A DNA stretch of 64,000 bases. Source: a virus. Its lineage: Duplodnaviria; Caudoviricetes. The translations under genes were made by a program, and so were the position numbers. Under the pieces are notes generated by a model that made no database searches, was not told where the DNA came from, and was given only the letters and a program-made list of their open reading frames with translations. The first letter of the stretch is position 1. Every line of letters starts with the position of its first letter. The stretch lies in the IMG/VR virus record IMGVR_UViG_3300037067_027616, positions 384,001-448,000 of that record; one strand, written 5' to 3'. Shown in pieces: positions 28,814-38,270 of the stretch.

Positions 28814-30010
28814 ATGCAGACGAGAAATGATCAGTTGTCCGCCCGTATCCCGCTTTCAGTCAACCGTAGCCTGCACCTTTTCGTGTGGGTCGGGATCTTC
28901 TTCCTTTTTATCCTGGCTTCCTTCAACCTTTGGGAGATGCTTGATTCCGACAAAATCATGGTGATCCAAAGCCCGTTCAAGGGGACATTGAATTGGCACA
29001 CCAACGCAGGCATCAAGTGGCAAGGAATCGGAAAGGTATCAAAGTACCAAAAAAGGGACATCTACGAGTTTGAGATACCCGTGCGTTTCAACGATGGCGG
29101 ACACGGGACCATCGTGGGATCCATACAGTATGACATGCCCATTGATGCAGAGAATTTGACAGAGTTGCACACGAAATTTGGCAGCCAGAAGGCGGTGGAG
29201 TCGGCCCTCATTCAGACGGTGACCAACAAGGCGATTTACATGACGGGCCCCCTTATGTCATCTAAAGAGTCCTATGCGGAACGCAGGAATTATCTCATAC
29301 GGTACGTAGAGGATCAAATCGAGAACGGCGTGTACAAGACCGTAAGCCGTGAGCAGAAGGTCATAGATCAGATGACCGGGCAGGAGAAAACGGCCACCGT
29401 TGTCGAGATCGTGTTGAAGGATGGTATTCCGGAAAGGCAGGAGAATGCCGTGTTGCAGGAGTTCGGGATACGGACATTCAACTTCTCCATCTTGAAGTTG
29501 CCGTATGACGATGCGGTGGAAGGCCAGATTAAGGCCCAGCAACAGTTGGCGATGGACGTCCAAACCAGCATAGCCGAAGCCAAGAAAGCAGAGCAACGTG
29601 CCATCACGGTCGCCAAGAACGGCGAGGCGGAAGCCATGAAGGCAAAATGGGAGCAGGAAGTGGTTAAAGCAAAGGCCGTGACCCTTGCAGAGCAGAGTAA
29701 GGAAGTGGCAAAGCTCGAAAGGGACGCCTCTGAGTTCACTAAACAGAAGAACATCCTTGATGGAGAGGGAGAGGCCGCCAAGAAACGCCTTGTAATGCAG
29801 GCCGATGGCGCCCTTACGCAGAAGCTTGAAGCATGGGTGCAGGCGCAACAGTACTACGCCGCCGCCCTGCAGAATTTCAAAGGTAACCTCGTTCCAAGTG
29901 TCATCATGGGGGAATCCGGAAAAGGTTCGAGTAGCATGGATCTCATAAACCTTCTTACGGCGAAGACAGCGAAGGATCTTGCGTTGGACATGGAGATGAA
30001 GGGAAATTAA
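28814..30010 (+). CDS. Band-7/SPFH-domain membrane protein
   Basis: N-terminal TM helix, VRFNDGG core, Ala/Glu/Lys-rich coiled coil, VPSVIMG tail. Confidence 0.8.
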   Translation: MQTRNDQLSARIPLSVNRSLHLFVWVGIFFLFILASFNLWEMLDSDKIMVIQSPFKGTLNWHTNAGIKWQGIGKVSKYQKRDIYEFEIPVRFNDGGHGTIVGSIQYDMPIDAENLTELHTKFGSQKAVESALIQTVTNKAIYMTGPLMSSKESYAERRNYLIRYVEDQIENGVYKTVSREQKVIDQMTGQEKTATVVEIVLKDGIPERQENAVLQEFGIRTFNFSILKLPYDDAVEGQIKAQQQLAMDVQTSIAEAKKAEQRAITVAKNGEAEAMKAKWEQEVVKAKAVTLAEQSKEVAKLERDASEFTKQKNILDGEGEAAKKRLVMQADGALTQKLEAWVQAQQYYAAALQNFKGNLVPSVIMGESGKGSSSMDLINLLTAKTAKDLALDMEMKGN

Positions 30011-30082
30011 CAGATGAGGGACGGAGTGGTGGTCGCCGTCCCTCGGCGACCACCGCGGCCACCACATAAAATGGAGGAACAG

Positions 30083-31672
30083 ATGAACAGGCGTGTTGCA
30101 GCTCCCGCACCTCAGGCAGTGGAATCCCAGGACAAGCGCCTTGCGCTTCTCAACGCTTTCATGACGTGTCCGCACAGGGACACCGATCGCATCAAGCAGA
30201 TCCATGACGAGGTGAGGAAGCAGGATCCTGTTTTCTACGCGCACCTTGCTTGTTGGTACGACCGTACCGGGGACATAAGGGATCACAAGGAAGTTTTCGC
30301 TTCCATGTTGACCGTTGACCCCTTCATGGACAACCGTGAGGTCGGCCTCGCCTTGTTCAGGGACATGCCCATTTTCCTCAAGAAGAGGGTCGTGGGATTC
30401 ATCAAGGGCAAGAAGGTGAAGATCCGCACCAAGACCGGTGAGAAGATGACCGTCGAAAAGGGCAAGGCGAAGGGGAAGGTCATCGAGAAGGTCCGGGTCG
30501 AAGAGCGCAAGGTCGGACTCGATGCGAACGTGCCGCACGGACTCAAGACCGAGGTGAAGAACTATCTCCGGTGGCTCGAATCCAATGACAAGCGGTGGGA
30601 CGAGGCGGCCATACGTTCGTTCTGGGATCTCAAGTATCTGTACAAGTCCGGTGGACTGCAGATCAAGCCGAGTCCCAGGGCGCAGGAGATCCTGTTCGAG
30701 GGTAAGGTACCCGAGGGAAGCAAGCTGAACGTCCTTGAGGAGTTCCGCAAGGCCAAGACCCCCGAGGAGGCTGCCAAGCTCATCGTCGAGAACAAGATCC
30801 CGTACACGGTGGCGGTCGGACTCACGGACAAGGTAACGCCAAGCATACTCGTCGCCCTTATCGAGCGGATGTCACCGCAGGAACTTTTGAACAACATCGC
30901 CTCCCTTGAGGAGAAGGGGGCCATGGCTGTTCCGGAGGTCAAGGCCATCATCGACAAGAAGTTGGTGAAGGCCAAGACGGCCAAGGGTGTATCCGCGCTC
31001 AAGTCAAAGACGGCGAAGGCCACGGGGAGGATCAAGGACGAGTCGACCGCGAAGAAGCTGGACGAAATCGCCGACACCCAGATCAAGAGCAAGGGTGTCA
31101 TCAGCCTTTCCACGGCTATTCTTATCGACCGCTCCGGGAGTATGACGGAGGCCATCGAGGTGGGTAAGAGGCTGGCTACGGTTGTTTCCGGAGCCACCGT
31201 TGCCAACCTTCAGGTTGTGGCGTTTGATTCCTCGGCCGCAGAAGTCGTATCCAAGGGCAAGACGTTGAGTGATTGGGAAGATGCGTTCAAGGGCATCAAC
31301 CCTGGCGGACAGACGTCCATCGGGTCGGCTTTGTACTACCTTCTGCGCAAGAAGGTGGTGGTCGAGCAGATCGTGGTCGTGACTGACGAGGGGGAGAACG
31401 CGCTTCCGTGGTTCACCGATATATACGAGAAGTATTGCACGGAGATGAAGGTGAAGCCCCATGTCGTGGTCATGCACGTGGGCGGAGCCGACAAGACGTT
31501 CTCTACGAACCTCACCCGGGCAAAAATCGAATTTGATACGTACACCCCGGAGGGGAGTGACTACTACGGGATGCCTGGTATCATACAGCTTTTGGCTCGT
31601 AAGTCGAAGCTCGACCTCGTCTACGAAATCATGGACGAACCCCTCCGCAAGAGGGTGCCGTTCAAGGGGTAA
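30083..31672 (+). CDS. Ro60/TROVE-like helical-repeat protein with C-terminal VWA domain
   Basis: MIDAS DRSGSM, GGQTS, VTDEGEN; N-terminal DPVFYAHLA and MSPQELLNNIASL segments reminiscent of TROVE; start after GGAGG. Confidence 0.65.
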   Translation: MNRRVAAPAPQAVESQDKRLALLNAFMTCPHRDTDRIKQIHDEVRKQDPVFYAHLACWYDRTGDIRDHKEVFASMLTVDPFMDNREVGLALFRDMPIFLKKRVVGFIKGKKVKIRTKTGEKMTVEKGKAKGKVIEKVRVEERKVGLDANVPHGLKTEVKNYLRWLESNDKRWDEAAIRSFWDLKYLYKSGGLQIKPSPRAQEILFEGKVPEGSKLNVLEEFRKAKTPEEAAKLIVENKIPYTVAVGLTDKVTPSILVALIERMSPQELLNNIASLEEKGAMAVPEVKAIIDKKLVKAKTAKGVSALKSKTAKATGRIKDESTAKKLDEIADTQIKSKGVISLSTAILIDRSGSMTEAIEVGKRLATVVSGATVANLQVVAFDSSAAEVVSKGKTLSDWEDAFKGINPGGQTSIGSALYYLLRKKVVVEQIVVVTDEGENALPWFTDIYEKYCTEMKVKPHVVVMHVGGADKTFSTNLTRAKIEFDTYTPEGSDYYGMPGIIQLLARKSKLDLVYEIMDEPLRKRVPFKG

Positions 31673-31677
31673 AGATC

Positions 31678-31920
31678 GTGTTCGACTTTGAAAACCTGGA
31701 AGCCGACCTCAAGGATCTCCTCTCGCGTTCGCGGGAGGATGGTTCTTCTTTTGGGTCGTATGTGGAATCGTTCGCGAGTAAATGGCTGGTGAAAACCGAG
31801 CCTATGAAGCATGACATAGTCACACGTTTCTTGAGCGAGAACAAGAGTCCCGCGAGGATACGTCCGCTTGATATGCGCGGCGTACCCCCCGATGGGATGG
31901 GGAAGGCTGATAGTGCGTGA
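31678..31920 (+). CDS. Hypothetical protein
   Basis: Fills the gap; GTGA overlap with the next gene. Confidence 0.5.
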   Translation: MFDFENLEADLKDLLSRSREDGSSFGSYVESFASKWLVKTEPMKHDIVTRFLSENKSPARIRPLDMRGVPPDGMGKADSA

Positions 31921-32789
31921 ACGACATCCTGTCTGTCATATCCAAGATGGCCTCCGCGGAGTCAACTCTCCTCGGTAGCACCTTCGTGGCACCCGTAGCC
32001 GGTAACGATGTCGTCGCGGCCTGCGTGTGCGGTATGTCCTACACGTTCTCCATACCAAAAGTGGAAAAGCCCGGGTGGTACGAATTCAAGCCCAGGGACT
32101 CGAAAAAGGCCTCTGTGGTAGGTCCTGCCGACCTGGCAGAGACCGAAGGATACCTTAAGAGGTTGCCATCCGTGCGCGTGGTGCTTTCCCACAAGATCAA
32201 GGGTATATACCACGGTGTTCCGCTCAAGTCAAATTCGGCGGGACTTCCTTGTACGGGTCTTGTACCGATTCTTCTCGTGGATGACATGGCTGACGATTTT
32301 GACAAGGTGGTGTGCCGTTACGATGGCATGAACCTGTGGTACGATCGTGTCGATGCATCCAACGACCAATCCAAGGGCGAGTACCTCAGGGAGAGGTACG
32401 CCAAGCTCTCCATCCCGGCATCGTTGAAGTTCAAGGGACTGACGTTCGAGGAGAAGGCCGCTTATTCAATACGCATCACTATGGATAAAAAGGCCATAGA
32501 GGAACACAGGACGAAGTCCGTTAAGATTGATGTGGAGCATGCCGGCGGTGTCTTCAAGGGCCTCAAGGAGAAGCGTGAGCATTATGAAGTTACCTACGAG
32601 GTAGATGGGCAGAGGTACATGAGTGTCATTTCCAAGGATCCCGCGCGCAGTGTCATCAGTGCCGGTATATGTTTGTCAGGTGGCGATAGGGCATTTGATT
32701 TGAAGAGTCTTATCACAGTCATGCGCGAAGGTCAGCACCGAGGCAGGATAGTACGAGGCCACGGTGATTTTGGTCATTGGGAGCATTGA
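31917..32789 (+). CDS. Conserved hypothetical protein, candidate divergent E2-like enzyme
   Basis: C-terminal beta-meander followed by SAGICLSGGD; E2 role inferred from motif and context only. Confidence 0.5.
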   Translation: MNDILSVISKMASAESTLLGSTFVAPVAGNDVVAACVCGMSYTFSIPKVEKPGWYEFKPRDSKKASVVGPADLAETEGYLKRLPSVRVVLSHKIKGIYHGVPLKSNSAGLPCTGLVPILLVDDMADDFDKVVCRYDGMNLWYDRVDASNDQSKGEYLRERYAKLSIPASLKFKGLTFEEKAAYSIRITMDKKAIEEHRTKSVKIDVEHAGGVFKGLKEKREHYEVTYEVDGQRYMSVISKDPARSVISAGICLSGGDRAFDLKSLITVMREGQHRGRIVRGHGDFGHWEH

Positions 32790-32790
32790 T

Positions 32791-33018
32791 ATGAGCACAC
32801 CGTTGACGTTCAAGGAACTGCCGGACGGCGCGAAGTTTATAAGCTTCCCGGTAGAAGGGGACGACATGGGCCATGGGGGGTACCGCAGCGGGTTCAACTT
32901 GTTCACCAAGTTGGCTATATACGATTATGAAAAACACTATACGAACAACGCCGTGAGGAACGACACCGGGACACTATCACACATGCCACCCGATATGCAG
33001 GTTATTCTTATTCTTTGA
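32791..33018 (+). CDS. Hypothetical protein
   Basis: ORF with GGAG RBS. Confidence 0.55.
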   Translation: MSTPLTFKELPDGAKFISFPVEGDDMGHGGYRSGFNLFTKLAIYDYEKHYTNNAVRNDTGTLSHMPPDMQVILIL

Positions 33019-33025
33019 GGTTATT

Positions 33026-34690
33026 ATGTCAACCACATCCCTCGTGCAGGCTATCAAGGAATTCAAGGACAAGCAGGCGAAAGTTTCGTCTCCGTCCGAT
33101 GTGGTGCTTCAAACTGTTTCGTGGGATCTCGACACGGCGTTCGTGGGACGACGTATCAACGCATCGACTGTCGGCCGTTTGAGCGCGTATGTCGATCGCA
33201 GGCTCGAGGAATACTCGGCGATTCACAACAGTATGCCCGCCGTCCGCACACCCGTCCGTACCCCCGATATTGCGGTTGATCTAGGGGTCGTTCCAGATGA
33301 AAAACCGATAGGACACGTAATACGTATTAACCCCATGCCAGATGACGATCACGTTGCACATGACACCAACACGGATATTTTTAATCGTCCCAACCCCTTC
33401 GCGGATGAAGAATCGGAGATACCACCACAAAGATTAAACACTGAAGAATCTCAAGACGAAGCCATGCGTGAGTGTGTCAACGAGGCTCGTGCGGGAGGCG
33501 TGCCGGCAGGTGCTATCTACAATGACGGCCAAATTGACTATCCTAAAGGGCAAGAAGATGAGGGTGAACGAGATGTGAACAGGTTTTATCAAGACGACAC
33601 GGAGATCGCCTTGCCTCGAAGGGAGTGCGCCGGGATTAGTGTGAGGAGGCTTCCTGACAGCACTGTTGAGGGTTTCAGATTGAAGACACAGGATCCAAAC
33701 GCTAGAATCCCTTTATATCACCCTCTTCCAGAGGACGGGGTAGGTGGTTTTGATGGTGCCATTTTTCACCACAGTGACAACAAACAAGCGAATAGTAGCA
33801 GAGTTGGTTTCGCTGACGCCAGTGCATATGAGCAATCGTGGCAGATGGGCGGGAATCTTGATACGTTGGTCAATTCACAAGGGTTGCTCCCCGAAGTTAC
33901 AAATAGGGTGCGAGACACATTCTTGCGCGAGCCCCCTGAAGTAGCCGACACCCAACCTCGTGAGGGTGTTCTGCGAACTCAAGATGGTCAGGAAATCGGC
34001 GCTCAAGATTTACGCCCCATATCCAATAGCATCTTGCGCACGCAAGATCTACGAGAAATCAATAACGATCCGATGCGGCCCATCAAAATAAAACCCACTC
34101 ATGTGGGATTGAACCCTTTCAGAACTCCCTGGCCGTGGCCTCGTAATAATACGACCGACACCACTTCGTACGTCACTTCCTACGATATTGACCACCATAC
34201 CCTCAAAATAACCGCACGGGTTTTAACGGTGCCTTCCTTAATGAAGGTCAACAGTGAGTTGTGGTTTAATATATGTTCCGAGTCCGAACCCAAGGACTTG
34301 AAGGAAGTCATCCGCAGGACCGTGAAGGCCAACCTCCTCATATGCTTGAAGAAATGCCGCAGCGAAGGGTGGCATACGGACGAAGAAGGTACAGAGGAAT
34401 TGGCTTTGTGCACACTACGCGAGATGATATCCGAAAAAGATTTCAAGAAATACCTCAAATATGGATTCGTGGCGATCAAGGGTAAAAGCGGAGACGTCTA
34501 TCAAGTGTTCCGCAACAAGCATCACACGAAAGTGTGGCGGGGCAACAGAGTTGTGGAAGAAATATGTATTCGGTTGTGTTCAAAGGTTAAGGTACCTCCG
34601 ACAGACAACGTGATCGCCTTCATGACGATGATATCGGCCGATGAGGAAGCATTCAAGAAAGCCGGCAACAGATACAAGGGGGTGTTATGA
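33026..34690 (+). CDS. Hypothetical protein with long disordered centre and globular C-terminal domain
   Basis: Internal LxTQD repeats; C-terminal YLKYGF..ICI..PPTDNVIA..DEEAF. Confidence 0.65.
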   Translation: MSTTSLVQAIKEFKDKQAKVSSPSDVVLQTVSWDLDTAFVGRRINASTVGRLSAYVDRRLEEYSAIHNSMPAVRTPVRTPDIAVDLGVVPDEKPIGHVIRINPMPDDDHVAHDTNTDIFNRPNPFADEESEIPPQRLNTEESQDEAMRECVNEARAGGVPAGAIYNDGQIDYPKGQEDEGERDVNRFYQDDTEIALPRRECAGISVRRLPDSTVEGFRLKTQDPNARIPLYHPLPEDGVGGFDGAIFHHSDNKQANSSRVGFADASAYEQSWQMGGNLDTLVNSQGLLPEVTNRVRDTFLREPPEVADTQPREGVLRTQDGQEIGAQDLRPISNSILRTQDLREINNDPMRPIKIKPTHVGLNPFRTPWPWPRNNTTDTTSYVTSYDIDHHTLKITARVLTVPSLMKVNSELWFNICSESEPKDLKEVIRRTVKANLLICLKKCRSEGWHTDEEGTEELALCTLREMISEKDFKKYLKYGFVAIKGKSGDVYQVFRNKHHTKVWRGNRVVEEICIRLCSKVKVPPTDNVIAFMTMISADEEAFKKAGNRYKGVL

Positions 34691-35064
34691 GTGACCTGGA
34701 TAAGGCATTTCAAGTGTTAGAGATGTATGGCGTTCCAAAATCGAGGGCGCGCACGGTCGCAAACGGTATTCAAGTTTTGATGGATAGACTTCACCGTGCC
34801 GAACTATCTGCCGATATTGTTCCATGTAGTAATTGGGTTGAGGGCAACGGGTGTTCCATTGGGTTTGGTGACAAGTGTTCTGCCAGGCGGTGTATGCTTA
34901 CACGTAATCAAGATACCATACTAAAACGCATGCAAGATGACGCTTGCCCTTTTTGCGTAGGACGAACAGGTATGGTGAGTGCAACGTGTGAGGAATGTTT
35001 CGGGTCAGGTAAACGACTTCAAACAGAGATAAAAGATAATGCGATCAGTGCCACCAACGAGTAG
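34687..35064 (+). CDS. Cys-rich hypothetical protein
   Basis: CPFC...CEECFGSG. Confidence 0.55.
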   Translation: MSDLDKAFQVLEMYGVPKSRARTVANGIQVLMDRLHRAELSADIVPCSNWVEGNGCSIGFGDKCSARRCMLTRNQDTILKRMQDDACPFCVGRTGMVSATCEECFGSGKRLQTEIKDNAISATNE

Positions 35065-35100
35065 TCAAATACACTTAAACCATACGGGAAGGGGTTTATT

Positions 35101-35283
35101 ATGGAGTTCTACATCGTCGTAGCGGCGTTCGCGATCGTGATTGCCATTCTTTTGGGTAAGAGAATCGGTATCAACCTCAAATTGGTTGGCTTTGCGGCCA
35201 TCATCGGGCTTGTGTTGACTTTTATTTCGACGGCCATCGTGTCCGTTTACACGGCAATATGGTTGTTCAAATTTTTGAGATAG
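35101..35283 (+). CDS. Small two-helix membrane protein
   Basis: Two hydrophobic segments. Confidence 0.55.
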   Translation: MEFYIVVAAFAIVIAILLGKRIGINLKLVGFAAIIGLVLTFISTAIVSVYTAIWLFKFLR

Positions 35284-35498
35284 CAGGAACAGGCGCTAAC
35301 CTTATCAGTCATGGTGCGTACTGTGCGAGGCCGTGATCGCTGGAAACAGCTTACCTGTGCGTCCCCGATAAGGGGGACTGAATAGGGACATAGGTCACCC
35401 GCCCAAAAAAATATCGCGGGTACATCAAGAGGATGTCCATAGTCTTCGGTGGTGTTCCCATTAATGAGAGCACCGCGCCTTTTTAAAAAGGAATTGAC

Positions 35499-35858
35499 AT
35501 GAAGTACAAAATTGGTGACATAGCCGAGTGTATCGAATCGGACATCAGTGCCATCGTGGTAACCCCCACCAAATGTATAAGAGACGGCTTTTTTCTTTTT
35601 TGCGACATAGACCGTGACCGCGGGACCATCTACCAAGGAACATACACAGACGAAGGTTTGTTTCCCGACCAACCAGCCGTTAATGTGCGCGTTGAAAAAA
35701 TAGTATACGTTGGCGCGTTCAAAGGTGACGTTGATACTGTCAAAGATTTGGAAAAATTTGTAGTGAACAACGTACCATTGGTAATTCTTGAGGAGTTGGC
35801 TAAACATGCACGACCGGATGTAAAAAGCCTCGCCAAGAAGCGCTTGAAAAAGAAATGA
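35499..35858 (+). CDS. Hypothetical protein
   Basis: KYKIGD start; AAGGA RBS. Confidence 0.6.
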   Translation: MKYKIGDIAECIESDISAIVVTPTKCIRDGFFLFCDIDRDRGTIYQGTYTDEGLFPDQPAVNVRVEKIVYVGAFKGDVDTVKDLEKFVVNNVPLVILEELAKHARPDVKSLAKKRLKKK

Positions 35859-36238
35859 GGTGGTTCATGGCTTTTCTGCATTGTCACTCGTGCGATTGGT
35901 CCCAAGACGACTATTGGGATTTCAGCATCCGACGCGGCTATGGCCACTTCAAGGTGCTCGGGATTGAGTGGCAGTACAACCCGGTGTCCTGCTTCTTGTC
36001 CTACGTGTTCGGCAGACACGGCTATTGGTGGCCGCGCCGGATAGACTTCGATGACAACACTGCCAAGGAATGCGGCTGGAAGCGCAGAGACCCACACTCA
36101 TGGTTCCTCATTGTGCGGGAGTTCAAAAGGATGATCCGCAAGTTCAAGAACCAGCGCTGGTGGACGCACGAGAAGTTTTTGGCGGACGTGGACGCCGTGT
36201 GTCCCAATTGTGGGAAAAGGAATTTCGATGAGGATTGA
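35855..36238 (+). CDS. Zn-ribbon hypothetical protein
   Basis: CHSC...CPNC; ATGA overlap. Confidence 0.6.
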   Translation: MRWFMAFLHCHSCDWSQDDYWDFSIRRGYGHFKVLGIEWQYNPVSCFLSYVFGRHGYWWPRRIDFDDNTAKECGWKRRDPHSWFLIVREFKRMIRKFKNQRWWTHEKFLADVDAVCPNCGKRNFDED

Positions 36239-36260
36239 AATTTAACAAGGAGCCGTAGTC

Positions 36261-36581
36261 ATGTTTAAAAAGATTGTGTCGTGTGTGCTGATTGTTTGTG
36301 TGCTTTCGGTAGTTGTTGGTTGTGGATCCGACAGGACCGTATGCCTTCCTGGCGCCGATGAGAAACAGGTGTGTAAAACATATGGACAGTATGGAATGTT
36401 CAACGGTTACGACATGAAAAACCAACACGTTCAGTATCGAGTTATCGTCGGAAATGTCGTGTGGGCAATCATATTGGTAGAAACAATTTTCACCCCTATC
36501 ATTATTTTTGGGTGGTACTTGTATGAACCCATAGGACCTCGAGCGGTTATACCTAATGACATTGGGGTGGTCAATAATTAA
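36261..36581 (+). CDS. Putative lipoprotein/membrane protein
   Basis: Signal-like N-terminus ending VVGC; second TM segment. Confidence 0.6.
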   Translation: MFKKIVSCVLIVCVLSVVVGCGSDRTVCLPGADEKQVCKTYGQYGMFNGYDMKNQHVQYRVIVGNVVWAIILVETIFTPIIIFGWYLYEPIGPRAVIPNDIGVVNN

Positions 36582-36623
36582 AAGACCCAACAAAGGTCAT
36601 GAACCCCAAACAGGGGGTGTTGA

Positions 36624-36803
36624 ATGGGTGACGAAGTGCAGGGTATGTCCACAGAGGATCTTATCTCCAATTTGGTTACTTGTGACTACCGTGGCCAAGC
36701 TTTCAAAAGGTGCTGTTTGGATGAACTCCTTTTGAGAAAAACCCGTGATGAGATTAAAAACGTTCAAGAGGTAGGGGTAGAGAAGCCAATAGCCCAAGGA
36801 TAG
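36624..36803 (+). CDS. Small hypothetical protein (59 aa; not in ORF track)
   Basis: Manual translation MGDEVQGMSTEDLISNLVTCDYRG...; GGGGGT RBS; fills the intergenic gap. Confidence 0.5.
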   Translation: MGDEVQGMSTEDLISNLVTCDYRGQAFKRCCLDELLLRKTRDEIKNVQEVGVEKPIAQG

Positions 36804-36832
36804 GGAAGGAAATAATCCGAGTAAAATTTGTT

Positions 36833-36861
36833 TGGACAAAACAATTTTGAAAAAGTATATT
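36833..36861 (+). promoter_or_regulatory. Promoter TGGACA-N17-TATATT
   Basis: Recurrent motif upstream of the JAB gene. Confidence 0.6.
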
Positions 36862-36908
36862 TATAAAGACACAGAAGCTACGAGTAGTTTAAAGAACAGG
36901 ATATACTG

Positions 36909-37286
36909 ATGGCTTTCTCTGAAGAATGCTGGGCGTTGCGTGGGTTGAACCTCGATCCCGTTTTGTGGATCTGGAGGGAGCAGTACATATCAAAGGGTAG
37001 CGGGGCAAGTGTCAATTTCGATTGGGAGAAGGCTTGGGACGACAAGTCAATTATCGGTTGGAGGCACACCCACCCAGGAACGAATTTTGATTTTCCGAGC
37101 AGTGTTGACGACAGAACCATGAAATCCTGGGTGAAGGCAACGGGGAAGTCAATGATATGTGGAGTGACTTGCGGGACGTCCACAAAATATTATCTTTACG
37201 GAGCCAATATCGGCGGGGATATGGATTCTGAATTGCGATACATCCGTATACCTGTTTTAGGGGTGGTGCTGGCCAATCAAAATTAA
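36909..37286 (+). CDS. JAB/MPN+ (JAMM) metallopeptidase
   Basis: N-terminal Glu (EECW) and GWRHTHP...PSSVD Zn-binding motif. Confidence 0.8.
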   Translation: MAFSEECWALRGLNLDPVLWIWREQYISKGSGASVNFDWEKAWDDKSIIGWRHTHPGTNFDFPSSVDDRTMKSWVKATGKSMICGVTCGTSTKYYLYGANIGGDMDSELRYIRIPVLGVVLANQN

Positions 37287-37305
37287 GTTCGAGGGAGAAT
37301 CTCCC

Positions 37306-37503
37306 GTGGGTGATAAGAAGGAAACAAAAGAGCGAGCCGACCCCACATCCTGTCCGTTAGCGGGGTGTGCTCACAGGGAGGGATGCGCTATAATCGATAT
37401 CACAGGCAAAGCTCCGAAGCCGGGTGGGAAGTGTTCATATTACGAGAAGGAACACACGGGTCGTAAGAAGGTCAACAAAAACGAAGGTTCTAACGAGTTG
37501 TAA
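37306..37503 (+). CDS. Small Cys-containing protein
   Basis: C-x4-C-x5-C...C; GGAG RBS. Confidence 0.5.
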   Translation: MGDKKETKERADPTSCPLAGCAHREGCAIIDITGKAPKPGGKCSYYEKEHTGRKKVNKNEGSNEL

Positions 37504-37523
37504 ACACAATCATGGGGGTAAAT

Positions 37524-38030
37524 ATGAAGGAACGTACGGCGTCCATACCGAAGTTTGAGTTCACCGGGAGTCCTTTGGATCCGGAAAAGACCATGATGCT
37601 GATGGGACTCATAGTGGCTACCAAATCACCCGACAACCCGGAAGTTCCTATGGAGAAGGACGGGAACCTCATGGACATGTTTTTGGCCAAAGTGGCTGAG
37701 GCGAGGATACGTGTGTACCCGCTCCCGTTCAACATCACGAATTTTTTCTTCGCCGCCTCGATGATTACCTTCATGAACACCCCGGGCATGGTCATGGGTA
37801 TGCTTTGGCTGGCCAAATGCTACGCCGAGAAGACAGGCAAAAAGGTGCTGACGGTGGGTGATTGGTGCGAGATGTTCCCGGTTGGTACACCGACCCCGGA
37901 GGAATGCGAGAGGTGGTGGGACGCGCAGAAGGTCACCTGGGAGAGGAAGTCGTTGGAAAGCGACAATATGGTCGACTACCCCGAATTGTGGGGGTGTGTT
38001 GATAAGTCCATAGAGAACGCGACTGTTTAA
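37524..38030 (+). CDS. Hypothetical protein
   Basis: ORF with RBS; FPVGTP..WWDAQK..DNMVD. Confidence 0.6.
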   Translation: MKERTASIPKFEFTGSPLDPEKTMMLMGLIVATKSPDNPEVPMEKDGNLMDMFLAKVAEARIRVYPLPFNITNFFFAASMITFMNTPGMVMGMLWLAKCYAEKTGKKVLTVGDWCEMFPVGTPTPEECERWWDAQKVTWERKSLESDNMVDYPELWGCVDKSIENATV

Positions 38031-38048
38031 CCAACGAAGGAAAAACCC

Positions 38049-38258
38049 ATGCCGATCGAACACACAAAGAAATTTGGCATCTACCATTGGGATACGTTTG
38101 ACAATGAAACATATATGGTGGATGAAGCCGATACATTGGCAAAAGCTGAAAGCGTAGTCAAGAAAACGTACGGCGAAAGAATCAGGGACACCGGGGCGGA
38201 TCAAGTGGACATCGTAGATAGCAAAGGAAACGTTGTCAAGTCTTACAAAATCGGGTGA
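38049..38258 (+). CDS. Hypothetical protein
   Basis: ORF with AAGGA RBS. Confidence 0.55.
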   Translation: MPIEHTKKFGIYHWDTFDNETYMVDEADTLAKAESVVKKTYGERIRDTGADQVDIVDSKGNVVKSYKIG

Positions 38259-38270
38259 ACGGAGATAGAC

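Noticed and set aside
35295-35375. SAM-I riboswitch (CTTATC...GATAAG P1-like pairing)
   Set aside because: The SAM-I core elements (AGAG..GAGGGA kink-turn, GCAACC, GTGC) are not present in the expected order.
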